A DNA stretch of 64,000 bases from positions 3,072,001-3,136,000 of the forward strand of contig OZ245842.1 in assembly GCA_965228895.1 (NCBI GenBank), in the 5' to 3' direction. This DNA is from Alphaproteobacteria bacterium (GTDB lineage Bacteria > Pseudomonadota > Alphaproteobacteria > SP197). This document shows, in pieces, positions 19,273-29,601 of the stretch. Positions within the stretch are counted from its first letter, which is position 1. Each line of letters starts with the position of its first letter. Position numbers and translations under genes: made by a program. Under the pieces are notes generated by a model that saw nothing but the letters and a program-made list of their open reading frames with translations, did no database searches and was not told the origin of the DNA.

Positions 19273-20667
19273 CTATTCGTGCACGGTCTGGAGTTCCTTT
19301 TCGTCAATCACCAAAACAACGAGCAGACCCAGCACGGCCGAACCCAGCCCAATCCAATAGGCATCGCTCAGGGCGCTGGAAAACACGCTTGTCAGGTTGG
19401 CCGTGCCGACGCCGGCCGTCTCGGAGAACATGATCGCCGTGGCCCCGGCGATGCCAACGGCGGCCAGCATCAAATGCACCATGAACGACAGACCGCCGGC
19501 GAGGCCAGCCCGGGACGCCCGCACCGCACTGACCGCCGCGGTTCCGGCTGTCCCCACACACAGGATGGCGCCGGCGGCGATGACGATCATGGCCGGGAGA
19601 AGCGCGTAGTACCCCCATGACGGGTCCAGGAAAAAGACCGGCCAGGCCGACCCGATGGCGGAGAGCGCGTAGCCGGTCAGCAACAGCCGCTTGGGCCCAA
19701 TCGGCTCATAGAGTCTGCCGGCCAGGATCGAACCGACGGCCAGGATGATCATCATCGGCATCATGCCGAACGACGAGTCCAGTACCGACCAACCCAACGT
19801 CTTCTGCATGTACTGGGGGAAATAGAGAAAGGCGATAAAGACAGGCGGAATGACAAGACCATTGGCCCACAAGGCGGCCATGAACTCGCGGTTTTTCATC
19901 AGGCCGACCGGCATCATCGGATCCTTGACCTTCGCCTCGACAAACGGGAACACGATGAACATCAGCACGCTCAGAGCGATCAGGCCGAGGAGTTCGGGCG
20001 ACGACCAACCCCAATCGGCGCCAACGTCGAGCGCATAGAGCAGCGCAAGGACGCCTATGCCTAAGACGGCCATACCGGCAATATCGACCTGTTCCTCGAC
20101 TTTCTCCGGCGCGTCCTTCTTCAGGAATCGCGAGACCATCAGCACAGCGATGACGGCCAGGGCGGCATTGATGATAAAGAAGATGCGCCAGTCGCCGAGC
20201 GAGGTGACGACACCGCCGATGAGCGGTCCCACCACGTTGCCGGACGTGACGCCGGCCATCAGCAAGCCGATGCTCAGGCCGCGCTTGTCCTCAGCGACGC
20301 TGAGTGCGGCGAGGGCAAAGATACTGGGCCAAAGCAAGGACGCGCCAGCGCCCTGAAAGGCGCGCGCGACAATCAGCGACGTCGACGACGGAGCAAGCGC
20401 GCAAGCCGCGGAAGCAAGGAAGAAAAGGACCAACCCCAACTGCATCAGGCGGCGGCGGCCGTACAAATCGCCAAGCCTTCCGGCCGCGACCATCAACACC
20501 GCGAACGTCAGCGCGTACACGTTCATCACCCACTGCGTGGTCGTGATGTCGGTGTCGAACTCCTTCTCGATCGCCGTCACCAAAAGTGCCGCACCGATGA
20601 AATCGGTACCGATCATGAAGGCGACGACCATCAGCGTCGCGATGATGAACCTGCTCTGCTTGTCCAC
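19273..20667 (-). CDS. DHA2 (EmrB/QacA-like) MFS transporter
   Basis: QWVMNVY, GRLGDLYGRRR, WRIFFIIN; about 14 TM; start codon uncertain (GTG 20667 chosen). Confidence 0.88.
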   Translation of the reverse strand: MDKQSRFIIATLMVVAFMIGTDFIGAALLVTAIEKEFDTDITTTQWVMNVYALTFAVLMVAAGRLGDLYGRRRLMQLGLVLFFLASAACALAPSSTSLIVARAFQGAGASLLWPSIFALAALSVAEDKRGLSIGLLMAGVTSGNVVGPLIGGVVTSLGDWRIFFIINAALAVIAVLMVSRFLKKDAPEKVEEQVDIAGMAVLGIGVLALLYALDVGADWGWSSPELLGLIALSVLMFIVFPFVEAKVKDPMMPVGLMKNREFMAALWANGLVIPPVFIAFLYFPQYMQKTLGWSVLDSSFGMMPMMIILAVGSILAGRLYEPIGPKRLLLTGYALSAIGSAWPVFFLDPSWGYYALLPAMIVIAAGAILCVGTAGTAAVSAVRASRAGLAGGLSFMVHLMLAAVGIAGATAIMFSETAGVGTANLTSVFSSALSDAYWIGLGSAVLGLLVVLVIDEKELQTVHE

Positions 20668-20759
20668 GAGCCCCCCAGCGGCTGACCGCGCAACATGCGC
20701 CGTCAGCATATGGTGCCTGAGCAGCCGCACAGGTCAAATCGGTTGTGCAGCCTGGCGGT

Positions 20760-22337
20760 CTAAAACCTTAGCGATACCGCCTGCTGGATGCCCTCGTGGC
20801 CGCGCAGTTTCGCCAGGACAGGCTGCGGGATCTGCTGGTCGACGCTGATTAGCGCGATGGCGTCACCGCCTTCTTCCGCGCGTCCCAGGTTGAAGGTCGC
20901 GATGTTGAGACCGGCGTCTCCCAGGGTCTGACCCAGGAAACCAATGATACCGGGCACATCGCGGTTGGTGACGTAGAGCATGTGCGGCGTCACCTCGGCC
21001 TCGATACTGATGCCCTTGACACGCACCAGTCGGGGATGGCCGTTGGCGAACAGCGTACCGGCGACGTCGCGTTCACGGTTCTCCGTCGTGACCGACACGC
21101 GCATCAGGGTCTGATAGTCGCCCGGCCGGTCATGGCGCACCTCCGCCACGTCGATGTCGCGGTCTTGGGCAACCACCGGCGCGTTCACCATGTTGACGGA
21201 TTCGACGATCGGCTCCAGCAGACCGGCAAGCACGATGGCGGTCAGCGGCCGCGTGTTGAGTGTCGCGACATGGCCTTCGTATTCGATGGTTACCGCGCGC
21301 AGACCGCTTCGCGTCAACTGGCCGGCGAAGCTGCCAAGCTGGCGGGCGAGCAGCATGTAGGGCTCAAGAAGCGGTGCCTCCTCCGGTGTGATCGACGGCA
21401 TGTTGAGGGCGTTGGAGACCGCACCATGGATCAGGTAATCGCCCATCTGCTCGGCGATCTGACGCGCGACCTTTTCCTGCGCCTCCGCCGTCGAGGCGCC
21501 CAGATGCGGCGTTGTCACCACGTTCTCGAGCTCGAGCAGCGGACTGCCCTCAGGCGGCTCGGTTGCGAAAACATCGAGTGCCGCGCCGGCGACATGGCCG
21601 GACTGCAGGGCGTCATAAAGCGCATCTTCGTTGACGATGCCGCCGCGCGCGCAATTGACAACACGCACGCCATAGCGCGCCATGGTCAGCTCCGTTTCGC
21701 CGATCAGATTGCGTGTCGCATCGTTCAGTGGCGCGTGGACGGAGATAACATCGGCGCGCGACATCAGATCGTCCAACGCCACGCGCTCGATGCCGAGTTC
21801 GCGGGCGCGTTCGGGCGCGAGAAAGGGATCGTAAGCGATGACGCGCATACGCAATCCCTGCGCCCGGCTGGCGACGATCGAGCCGATGTTGCCGCAGCCG
21901 ACCAGGCCCAGCACCTTGCCGGCCAATTCGACGCCGACAAACTTGGACTTTTCCCACTTGCCCTGCCGCATGGAGCGGTCGGCGGCGGGAATCTGGCGGG
22001 CCAGCGCCATCATCATGGCGATCGCGTGTTCGGCCGTCGTGATGGCGTTGCCGAACGGCGTGTTCATGACGACGACGCCGCGCTGGGTCGCCGCCGCGAC
22101 ATCGATGTTGTCGACGCCGATACCGGCACGGCCGATGACCTTCAGGCTCTCCGCCGCGGCGATCACTTCGGCGGTCGCCTTCGTAGCAGACCGTACGGCA
22201 AGGCCCTCATAGGCCGGGATGCGCGCGATCAGGTCTTCGGGCGAAAGGCCGGTTTCGATGTCAACCTCGACGCCGCGCTCGCGCAGGATGTCGGCGGCAT
22301 CGTCGCTCAGCTTGTCGGCAATCAGGACTTTCGGCAT
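20760..22337 (-). CDS. serA: D-3-phosphoglycerate dehydrogenase
   Basis: GRAGIGVDNID, GCGNIG, PHLGAST, C-terminal ACT domain. Confidence 0.97.
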   Translation of the reverse strand: MPKVLIADKLSDDAADILRERGVEVDIETGLSPEDLIARIPAYEGLAVRSATKATAEVIAAAESLKVIGRAGIGVDNIDVAAATQRGVVVMNTPFGNAITTAEHAIAMMMALARQIPAADRSMRQGKWEKSKFVGVELAGKVLGLVGCGNIGSIVASRAQGLRMRVIAYDPFLAPERARELGIERVALDDLMSRADVISVHAPLNDATRNLIGETELTMARYGVRVVNCARGGIVNEDALYDALQSGHVAGAALDVFATEPPEGSPLLELENVVTTPHLGASTAEAQEKVARQIAEQMGDYLIHGAVSNALNMPSITPEEAPLLEPYMLLARQLGSFAGQLTRSGLRAVTIEYEGHVATLNTRPLTAIVLAGLLEPIVESVNMVNAPVVAQDRDIDVAEVRHDRPGDYQTLMRVSVTTENRERDVAGTLFANGHPRLVRVKGISIEAEVTPHMLYVTNRDVPGIIGFLGQTLGDAGLNIATFNLGRAEEGGDAIALISVDQQIPQPVLAKLRGHEGIQQAVSLRF

Positions 22338-22340
22338 CGC

Positions 22341-23468
22341 TCAAGCCTCCGCCAGCACGCAATCATGAGCCCAATCCAGCCACGGTGTCAGCGCTTCCAT
22401 GTCGGAGGTCTCGACCGTGGCGCCGCCCCAGATCCGCAAGCCCGGCGGCGCGGCGCGATGGGTGTTGATGTCATAGGCGATGCCTTCGTCCTCCAACAGT
22501 GACGCGATGGCCTTGGGCTCGGCCGGCGTGTCGACGAGTTTGAGGCAGATGGACGACGTTGACCGTGTCTGCGGGTCGCGCGCCAGAAAGTCGATCCACG
22601 GTGTCTTCTCGACCCACGGCGCGAGCGCGTCAAAGTTGGCTTGACTGCGCGCAAGCAACGCCTTGAGGCCACCGACCTCTTCGGCCCACATCAGGCCGTC
22701 GATCGCATCTTCGACCGCCAGCATGGACGGTGTGTTGATGGTCTCGCCAGCGAAGATGCCCTCGATCAGCTTGCCCTTTTTGGTCAGGCGAAAGATTTTC
22801 GGCAGCGGCCGGGGCGAGCTCGCTTCCAGGCGCGCGACGGCGCGCGGGCTCAAGACCAGCATGCCGTGACCGCCCTCGCCGCCCAGAACCTTCTGCCAGG
22901 ACCACGTGACGACATCCAGCCGGTCCCACGGCAGCGCCATGGCGAAAACCGCCGACGTCGCGTCACAGATGGCGAGGCCCTCGCGGTCGGGCGCGATCCA
23001 GTCGCCGTCGGGTACGCGCACGCCGGACGTCGTGCCGTTCCAGGTAAAGACGACATCGCGCGACCAGTCGACTTGAGACAGATCCGGCAGCTCGCCATAG
23101 GGCGCGTCCAAGACACGCAAATCTTCAATGCCCAACTCGTCGCGGGCGTCGGTCACCCATTGCTGGCCGAAGTTCTCCCAGGACAGCATATCGACGCCGC
23201 GGCTGCCGACGAGCGACCACAGCGCCAGCTCGATAGCGCCGGTGTCCGATGCCGGCACGATGGCGAGACGATAGTCATCCGGCAGCTCCAAGACCCGCCG
23301 GCTGCGCTCGATGACCTCGGCCAGCTTCGCCTTGCCGCCTTTGGCCCGGTGCGATCGACCGACATAGGCATCCTCAAGAGCCGATAACGACCAGCCCAGA
23401 CGCTTGGCACAAGGTCCGGACGAAAAGAACGGCCGTGCGGGACGCACGTCGGGTCGTGGCGCTGTCAT
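22341..23468 (-). CDS. serC: phosphoserine aminotransferase (Methanosarcina/alphaproteobacterial type)
   Basis: [33 protein letters not shown]. Confidence 0.95.
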   Translation of the reverse strand: MTAPRPDVRPARPFFSSGPCAKRLGWSLSALEDAYVGRSHRAKGGKAKLAEVIERSRRVLELPDDYRLAIVPASDTGAIELALWSLVGSRGVDMLSWENFGQQWVTDARDELGIEDLRVLDAPYGELPDLSQVDWSRDVVFTWNGTTSGVRVPDGDWIAPDREGLAICDATSAVFAMALPWDRLDVVTWSWQKVLGGEGGHGMLVLSPRAVARLEASSPRPLPKIFRLTKKGKLIEGIFAGETINTPSMLAVEDAIDGLMWAEEVGGLKALLARSQANFDALAPWVEKTPWIDFLARDPQTRSTSSICLKLVDTPAEPKAIASLLEDEGIAYDINTHRAAPPGLRIWGGATVETSDMEALTPWLDWAHDCVLAEA

Positions 23469-23577
23469 CTTGATGTTCCTTAGAACCGTCGCTGGCGGGC
23501 GGCGGGCGGAGACTAGGAAATACAACCTGTCCCGTCAATCGGTACAGAATTGGTCTAGCGACTTTTTTCTTATGCGC

Positions 23578-24819
23578 TCACCGCGGATCAAGTTTGGCCA
23601 TGACGTCGCGGCTCCACAACAGCGTGATTAGAGCAATGGCAACGATGCCCGCGGCGATCGCGACGACGAAGATGAGGTGTATGTTGACCGCCATCAGGCT
23701 GCCGCCGACCACCGAGATGGTGCCGGTGCCCAGCGTGAAGAGCGCGATCGACACACCCATGACCCAGCCCTGCTCGCTGGCGCCGACCGATGTGGAGAAC
23801 AGGGTCAGCATGGTCGCGTAATTGATCGCGAAGGCGGCGAACAGCGGGATGATCAGGACATAGGCGAGCCAGGGGGAGTCGTTGAACAACAGCCCAACCT
23901 CCGCCAGGATCATGACGACCAAGGCGCCGATCACGACGGTTTTTCTGCCGTATCGCGCACTGATCGGCCCCATCAGGAAGGCGCCCGCCAGACCCAGGCT
24001 GGCGCCCAGGATCACCATGGCGATGCTGTTTTCGAGCGTGCCGAAGTTGAAGAGGTCGAAGAAGTAGCTGTCCATGAAGACATAGACCGCGTTCAGGCAA
24101 AGCTGCGAGAAGAAGAAGACGAGCCCGACCTTGACGACCAACGGACGCGAACACGCCTGCCACAGGATCAGGAACGCATCGATAGGGTTGAAGCGCAGCG
24201 GCTGGCGCTCGACATCGGTGTCGCGGAAGAAGAAGAGAATCAGAATGGCATTCGCCAGCACCAGAACGGCGGCGACATAGAATGGTAGTTTCAACGATGC
24301 GATGTCGCCGATAAGCGAACTGTCGGAGAGCACACCACCCAGGATCGGGCCGATCACCAGGCCAATGCTGAGCGCCATGATGACGAGGCCCATGTACCGC
24401 GTTTTTTCCTCTTCACTGCGGCTCATGTCGACGAGCGCCGCCTGCGCGATCGGCTGGTTGCCGGCGGTGAAACCCGAAATGGCGCGGCCAATCACCAGCA
24501 ACAGGAAGCTGTTGGCATAAAGCGCGACGATGGTCAGCGCATAACCACCGAACCCACCGGCCAGGCAAATCAAGATGCCGTTCTTGCGGCCGATCGAATC
24601 CGACAGTTTCGAGATATAGGCAGCGCCCAGGAACCAGGCGAAATAGAAGACGCCGATCGCAATGCCGAAGTCCAGCTCACGCGCGGCGTGCGACGTTCCG
24701 GCCGGCAAAATGCTCTGATCGGGGCTCAAGATCAGCGTCGTAACCAAGGGAAGCACGAGGCCCTGGCCCATCGTGTCGAGCACAACCACCAACAGCAACG
24801 CAAACTGTGCGATTTTCAT
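23578..24819 (-). CDS. MFS transporter, paralog of 8895-10151
   Basis: SDSIGRKN, GFTAGNQPIAQAA, QGWVMGV. Confidence 0.9.
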   Translation of the reverse strand: MKIAQFALLLVVVLDTMGQGLVLPLVTTLILSPDQSILPAGTSHAARELDFGIAIGVFYFAWFLGAAYISKLSDSIGRKNGILICLAGGFGGYALTIVALYANSFLLLVIGRAISGFTAGNQPIAQAALVDMSRSEEEKTRYMGLVIMALSIGLVIGPILGGVLSDSSLIGDIASLKLPFYVAAVLVLANAILILFFFRDTDVERQPLRFNPIDAFLILWQACSRPLVVKVGLVFFFSQLCLNAVYVFMDSYFFDLFNFGTLENSIAMVILGASLGLAGAFLMGPISARYGRKTVVIGALVVMILAEVGLLFNDSPWLAYVLIIPLFAAFAINYATMLTLFSTSVGASEQGWVMGVSIALFTLGTGTISVVGGSLMAVNIHLIFVVAIAAGIVAIALITLLWSRDVMAKLDPR

Positions 24820-25052
24820 CGGAGCCCCCTCCCCGCGACCTTTGTACGGCCGCCACGTCGACGATGGTGCATGAATAGCCGAGCCGAGGCAAACCGGCAC
24901 AAGAAGCACACGGCCGACGACACGACGCCGCGTTTCATTCGGCCGGCGGTCCCGGGCTCCGACGTCGAGCGGCGAGACTTGCCGGAGCATCGTCGACACC
25001 GATAGTCTGAAACCAATCAATCGGCGCGTGTTCCTTCACATCAAGGACAGTC

Positions 25053-27317
25053 ATGCTGGGTCGGCAGTTTCAGCGTCTATTTCACATTCTGCTTCTCGCC
25101 CGCGACACTTGGATCACGGCCGCGATCATTGCCGTAGCGATGATCATGATTCCTCAGGGCCGGCAAATTCTGGCCAAGGTAGCCGTCGAGTCATTCGACC
25201 TGGGCAGCTTTGTCGGTACGACGTTCTGGAGTCTCGCGGCCTACTACTTCACGCGGATGCGGTACCGGCACGTTTTGGAAGAGCGTTACCGCGATGCGAT
25301 ATCGCCAGGACAGGCGCAGACCATGGCGGTCATTGCCGGCCTGCTCCCGATCGCGATCACCATGATCGGCATTCATGCCGTGCTGCCCACCGGCTCGACG
25401 GGGCTGAGCGAGATTACCGTTCCCCTACTTTCCTTGATCGCCTCCGTTGTTATCGTGGCGCTGTCGCGCGCCATCGCGACACAGGGCGCGGCTCGCTTCA
25501 CCAGCGAACGTTTCGCCAAGCTGTCAACGCCCGTGCTGTTTGCGCTGTTCCTTCTGCCCGGGCTGATCCTGTTCGTTCTGGGGTTCTTTGCGCCGGTGCC
25601 CACCGCGCATCTGCTCCACACCTATACCCTGATCACGCTGTGGGCTGGCGGCGCGGTCGCCCTTCTGGGTTGCCTTCAAATTCTGTCGGGGCGCGTCGGC
25701 TTGCCGCTGACCGGGATCTTGATTGCTGCCGCCCTGGTTTTCAGCGCGGTCATGCCGAGTTGGCACCAAGGTCATGAGCTCCGTGTCATCGACTCATCTT
25801 TGGCCCCTGACCAGCGCGTCACGCTGCGCGATGCTCTTGCCGCGTGGCAGGAAGGGCAATCAGGTGACGGACCCGTCACGCTGACCTTGGTCGCCGCCCC
25901 GGGCGGCGGCATCGTATCGGCGGTATGGACGAGCGTGTCGCTCAGCAAGCTGCATGAGCTTCATGGCAACGACTTTGCGCGCAGCCTGTTTGCCATCAGT
26001 TCGGTCTCCGGCGGTTCGCTGGGTGCGGCGCTTTTTGCCGAATCCTCAAGGCCAGACCTGAATGGATGTCTGTTTTCGCCGTCCGGCCAACTCGATGCGA
26101 ACGGCTTACCCTTAAGCAAGATGCAGCAGGCCGTTACCGAGTTCTCCGGTATCGATCACACCGCCGCTGTCGCACTGCGGTTGTTGTATATGAACGATAC
26201 ACTGTCGCCCTATGTCGGCATCGGCCCCTATACAGACCGCTCCGAAGTCATGGAAACATCGTGGGAGATGGCCTGGCATAAGGCGGTTGCGGCCCAAGAC
26301 TGCCTGTCAGCCGAGATCCCAGCCCTTGCGGAATCATTCCTGGATCGCTGGTACGATGTCGGCGACAAAGGAACGATGGTGTTGACGCGGCCGTGGGCAA
26401 ACGTCCCATTCCTGTTGTTCAACGGCACCTCGATGGCAAGCGGCCGACGCCTGGTGACGAGCCCCTTCGTCTTTCCTCTTCAACCCGACCTCGCCGAAGT
26501 CGACCAGTCGGACGAAGGCGCCGGCGATGCCGACTCTCTGGCACTCGATCTCATGAGGCTCTCCGCCAACGACCACCGCTTGAGCACGGCGATCAACAGC
26601 TCGGCGCGGTTTCCTTGGTTAGAACCTGCAGGACGTTTGCCGGTCGCGGAAAATCTCGACGAGCGCTACACCTATGACTTGATTGTTGACGGCGGCTACT
26701 ATGATCCGTCGGGTGCGACAACCCTTGACGACTTGGCGGCCGACATCATCGATGCGTGCCGCGCATCGCCTTGCCGCCCGCTGCGCCTGCTGGTCATCCA
26801 GATCAACAGCCATCCTGCCTCCGCACCCGCGACTTATGCGCCCATCGTTCCGCCGCGCAACGATCCGCCCCATTTATGGCACGAGCTGCTGACGCCGTTT
26901 TATGCCGGTTTCGTCACCCATCTCTCCCGCGGCGACGAGGCGGCACAGCAACTGCGCGGCGACACGGAAATGCTGCCTTTGTTGCGGGATTCGCCGGTCA
27001 CAGAGAGCCTGTTTGTCGAACTGCCGGTCACCACTCATAGCGCGCCGGAAGCCTGGGTTCTGAGCAGCGAAACGATCGACGCAATGATGCGCGATGCCAA
27101 CCTGAGCATGCATTGCGCTGCGACGCCGGAAGACGACATCTGTCAAACCGAGTTGGCGACCATCGCCGAGGCATCGAACCTGATCGGCCCTGTGCCCGGT
27201 CATGTCCAGGATCTGCGCCGCAAAGTCCTGCACGATGCTATTCGGTGCATCGGTGTCTTTCTAGCCAGCGACGATCAGCCGGATTGCCCGATCACAAAGA
27301 GCCCGACTGACGGCTGA
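25053..27317 (+). CDS. multi-pass membrane protein with patatin-like phospholipase domain
   Basis: About 7 N-terminal TM; PGGG, SVSGGS nucleophile elbow, SARFP, VDGGY. Confidence 0.8.
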   Translation: MLGRQFQRLFHILLLARDTWITAAIIAVAMIMIPQGRQILAKVAVESFDLGSFVGTTFWSLAAYYFTRMRYRHVLEERYRDAISPGQAQTMAVIAGLLPIAITMIGIHAVLPTGSTGLSEITVPLLSLIASVVIVALSRAIATQGAARFTSERFAKLSTPVLFALFLLPGLILFVLGFFAPVPTAHLLHTYTLITLWAGGAVALLGCLQILSGRVGLPLTGILIAAALVFSAVMPSWHQGHELRVIDSSLAPDQRVTLRDALAAWQEGQSGDGPVTLTLVAAPGGGIVSAVWTSVSLSKLHELHGNDFARSLFAISSVSGGSLGAALFAESSRPDLNGCLFSPSGQLDANGLPLSKMQQAVTEFSGIDHTAAVALRLLYMNDTLSPYVGIGPYTDRSEVMETSWEMAWHKAVAAQDCLSAEIPALAESFLDRWYDVGDKGTMVLTRPWANVPFLLFNGTSMASGRRLVTSPFVFPLQPDLAEVDQSDEGAGDADSLALDLMRLSANDHRLSTAINSSARFPWLEPAGRLPVAENLDERYTYDLIVDGGYYDPSGATTLDDLAADIIDACRASPCRPLRLLVIQINSHPASAPATYAPIVPPRNDPPHLWHELLTPFYAGFVTHLSRGDEAAQQLRGDTEMLPLLRDSPVTESLFVELPVTTHSAPEAWVLSSETIDAMMRDANLSMHCAATPEDDICQTELATIAEASNLIGPVPGHVQDLRRKVLHDAIRCIGVFLASDDQPDCPITKSPTDG

Positions 27318-27329
27318 ACGTCGACGGCG

Positions 27330-28139
27330 CTAGAGCCGATCGGGGATGTAGGCGATGGCGTCCATGTATTTCGCCGCGCGCCCCGCGACCTCGACGCGCT
27401 CGCCCTTCAGCGTGCAGAAGAGTTCACCGACACGTTCGGAGATCTGGAAGCCGTGGACGCTTGAGACGTCCAGCCGCTGGGCCCAATAGGGCGTCAGCAT
27501 GCAATGGGCGGAACCGGTGACCGGGTCTTCGGGGATGCCATGGACGGGCGCGAAGTAGCGCGACACGAAGTCGCCCTCGCCGTCCCGGGGCGCGGTGCAG
27601 ATGAGACCGCAATCGGCCGGATCGAGCGCCGTCTTCAAGGCTGCCATGTCGGGCGCGAGCGCCGCGACATCGGCCTCGCTCTCAAAGACGAAGAGATAGT
27701 TCTGGCCGGCAAACGCTTCAGTGGGCTCGGCACCGACCGCCGCAACGATGTCGGCCGGTGCCTCACGCGGGCGCAGCTCATGGGTCGGCAGGTCGAGAAC
27801 GAAGAGATCGCGATCACGGGTGACGTGAAGACGCCCGCTGCGCGTGTCGAACGACACCATGTCGAGGTCGGGGTTCAGGTCGTTCATGATGATGAAGGCC
27901 GAGGCCAAGGTTGCGTGACCGCATAGCGGCACCTCGACCGTCGGGGTGAACCATCTGAGCTCGAAGACGCCCTCACCATCGCCCTGACGAAAGAACGCGG
28001 TCTCGGCCAGATTGTTCTCGGCGGCGACCGCCTGCATGAGGTCGTCGGTCAGCCACTCTTCCAACGGCACGACGCCGGCGGGGTTGCCGTGAAACACGGA
28101 ACTGGTGAAGGCATCGACTTGGTAAAGCGGAAGGCGCAA
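27330..28139 (-). CDS. PhzF family isomerase
   Basis: QVDAF..GNPA, ETAF, RWFTP..EV.LCGHATLA, EDPVTGSAH. Confidence 0.93.
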   Translation of the reverse strand: MRLPLYQVDAFTSSVFHGNPAGVVPLEEWLTDDLMQAVAAENNLAETAFFRQGDGEGVFELRWFTPTVEVPLCGHATLASAFIIMNDLNPDLDMVSFDTRSGRLHVTRDRDLFVLDLPTHELRPREAPADIVAAVGAEPTEAFAGQNYLFVFESEADVAALAPDMAALKTALDPADCGLICTAPRDGEGDFVSRYFAPVHGIPEDPVTGSAHCMLTPYWAQRLDVSSVHGFQISERVGELFCTLKGERVEVAGRAAKYMDAIAYIPDRL

Positions 28140-28198
28140 CGTCTAATCCTTTCAAGGGTGAGCCGCTCACGCGGCCATAGCGCCAGTCCGCGTCAACA

Positions 28199-29071
28199 TC
28201 AAGCGGCCGTGGCGATACTCTCGTCACCGTAACGCGCCTGCTCCCACCCGATAATCGCCTGTTTGCGCGGCACGCCCCAGGCGTAGCTGTGGAACGGTCC
28301 GGTCTTGCGGATGACGCGGTGACATGGCACGACGAAGGCGATCGGGTTCTTGGCGACGGCGCCGGCCGCCGCACGGGCCGCGGTCGGCTCGCCAATGCGG
28401 CGCGCGATGTCTTCGTAGCTGATAACGGTGCCGGGTGGCACGCGCAGCAGCGCCTCCCACACGCGGATCTGGAAATTCGTGCCGCGCAGGTGGAGTTTGA
28501 GCGGTTCATCGCCATCGCCGTTTTCACACGCACCGAAGATACGGGTGGCAAAAGGCGCCGTCGCGGCGACATCCTCGATCAGCGTCGCGTTGGGCCAGCG
28601 CCGGGCCAGATGATCTTGCGTCCAATCGTCGCCGTCATCATCGGCCGGCCCAAAACTGAGCCAGCACAGACCGCGCGCCGTGATACCGATCAAGCAATCG
28701 CCGAACGGCGAGTCGTGAACGCCCCAGCGGATCTCCAGATCGGCACCCTTGCGGCGCACTTCGCCGGGCGTCACTGCCTCTGTCGCGACGAACAGATCGT
28801 GCAGACGCGACGGCCCGGAGAGACCGGCCTCGTACGCCGTGTCAAGCACCGGCATGGAACGTTCCAAAAGACCGCGCGCATAGTCGACGGTCAGGAACTG
28901 CAGGAAACGTTTGGGGCTAACACCAGCCCAGCGCTGGAACACGCGCTGGAAGTGGTACGGGCTCAGGCCGGCAACCTCGGCCAATTCGTTCAATCCCGGT
29001 TGCTCCTGGAAATGGTCGTCCAGGTAGCGGATCGCCGATTCGATGCGGGCGTAATCCTGTGACTGTTCCAT
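28199..29071 (-). CDS. AraC-HTH / methylated-DNA-protein-cysteine methyltransferase (Ada-like)
   Basis: LSPYHFQRVF HTH; GTNFQ, PCHRV active site. Confidence 0.92.
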   Translation of the reverse strand: MEQSQDYARIESAIRYLDDHFQEQPGLNELAEVAGLSPYHFQRVFQRWAGVSPKRFLQFLTVDYARGLLERSMPVLDTAYEAGLSGPSRLHDLFVATEAVTPGEVRRKGADLEIRWGVHDSPFGDCLIGITARGLCWLSFGPADDDGDDWTQDHLARRWPNATLIEDVAATAPFATRIFGACENGDGDEPLKLHLRGTNFQIRVWEALLRVPPGTVISYEDIARRIGEPTAARAAAGAVAKNPIAFVVPCHRVIRKTGPFHSYAWGVPRKQAIIGWEQARYGDESIATAA

Positions 29072-29162
29072 GGGGACAATGGCTCCTTGGGCCCGATGAT
29101 GCTGTACCCTAGATTTAGTCAGGCACAGCACCACCTACGACCCGGTTCTTGCGATATCCCGC

Positions 29163-29396
29163 CTATTCCTTCCAGAACGGCTTGGATCCCTCGCGCAGCG
29201 CATCATAGCGCGAGATGCCCATGTCCTTCAGCAGGCGTTCGTCCATGGTCATCAGGAAGTGACGCTGCCTGGCGCGCGCCTGCCAGCTGTACATGGTATC
29301 GGGAAGGCGGGTAATGGCGGTGAGAAGACGCACGGTCGTACCGGCCATGGCCGAAAGACCGTGGTGAAGCGGGGTGGGTGTCAGCGTCGTTTTCAT
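29163..29396 (-). CDS. DUF1127 small protein
   Basis: W..RARQR..L..MDERLLKDMGISR......KPFW. Confidence 0.9.
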   Translation of the reverse strand: MKTTLTPTPLHHGLSAMAGTTVRLLTAITRLPDTMYSWQARARQRHFLMTMDERLLKDMGISRYDALREGSKPFWKE

Positions 29397-29510
29397 CGCC
29401 CTTCTCCTTCGTCAGGGACGACCCGGTCACCATGACCGGGTCTGATTAAAGGGTGGGAAGGCAAGCCCCGCATACCCACCCGATTGTTGCGATCCCTTCG
29501 TTCGCAAAAT

Positions 29511-29598
29511 TGTATCGATTTAATCGGATCTTCTTGACCTCAACGAGACATTTGCTAACATTGTCTGCATCAGCGATAGGATCAATCGAAACATTGTC
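29511..29598. promoter_or_regulatory. putative MocR/GntR operator repeats
   Basis: AACATTGTC direct repeat at 29557 and 29590; TGTATCGATT/AATCGAAACA inverted pair. Confidence 0.55.
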
Positions 29599-29601
29599 AC
29601 C

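Noticed and set aside
27330-28139. Phenazine biosynthesis
   Set aside because: Lone PhzF-like gene; no other phz genes
29072-29162. Possible cuckoo (CCUCCUCCC) sRNA downstream of DUF1127
   Set aside because: No such motif is present
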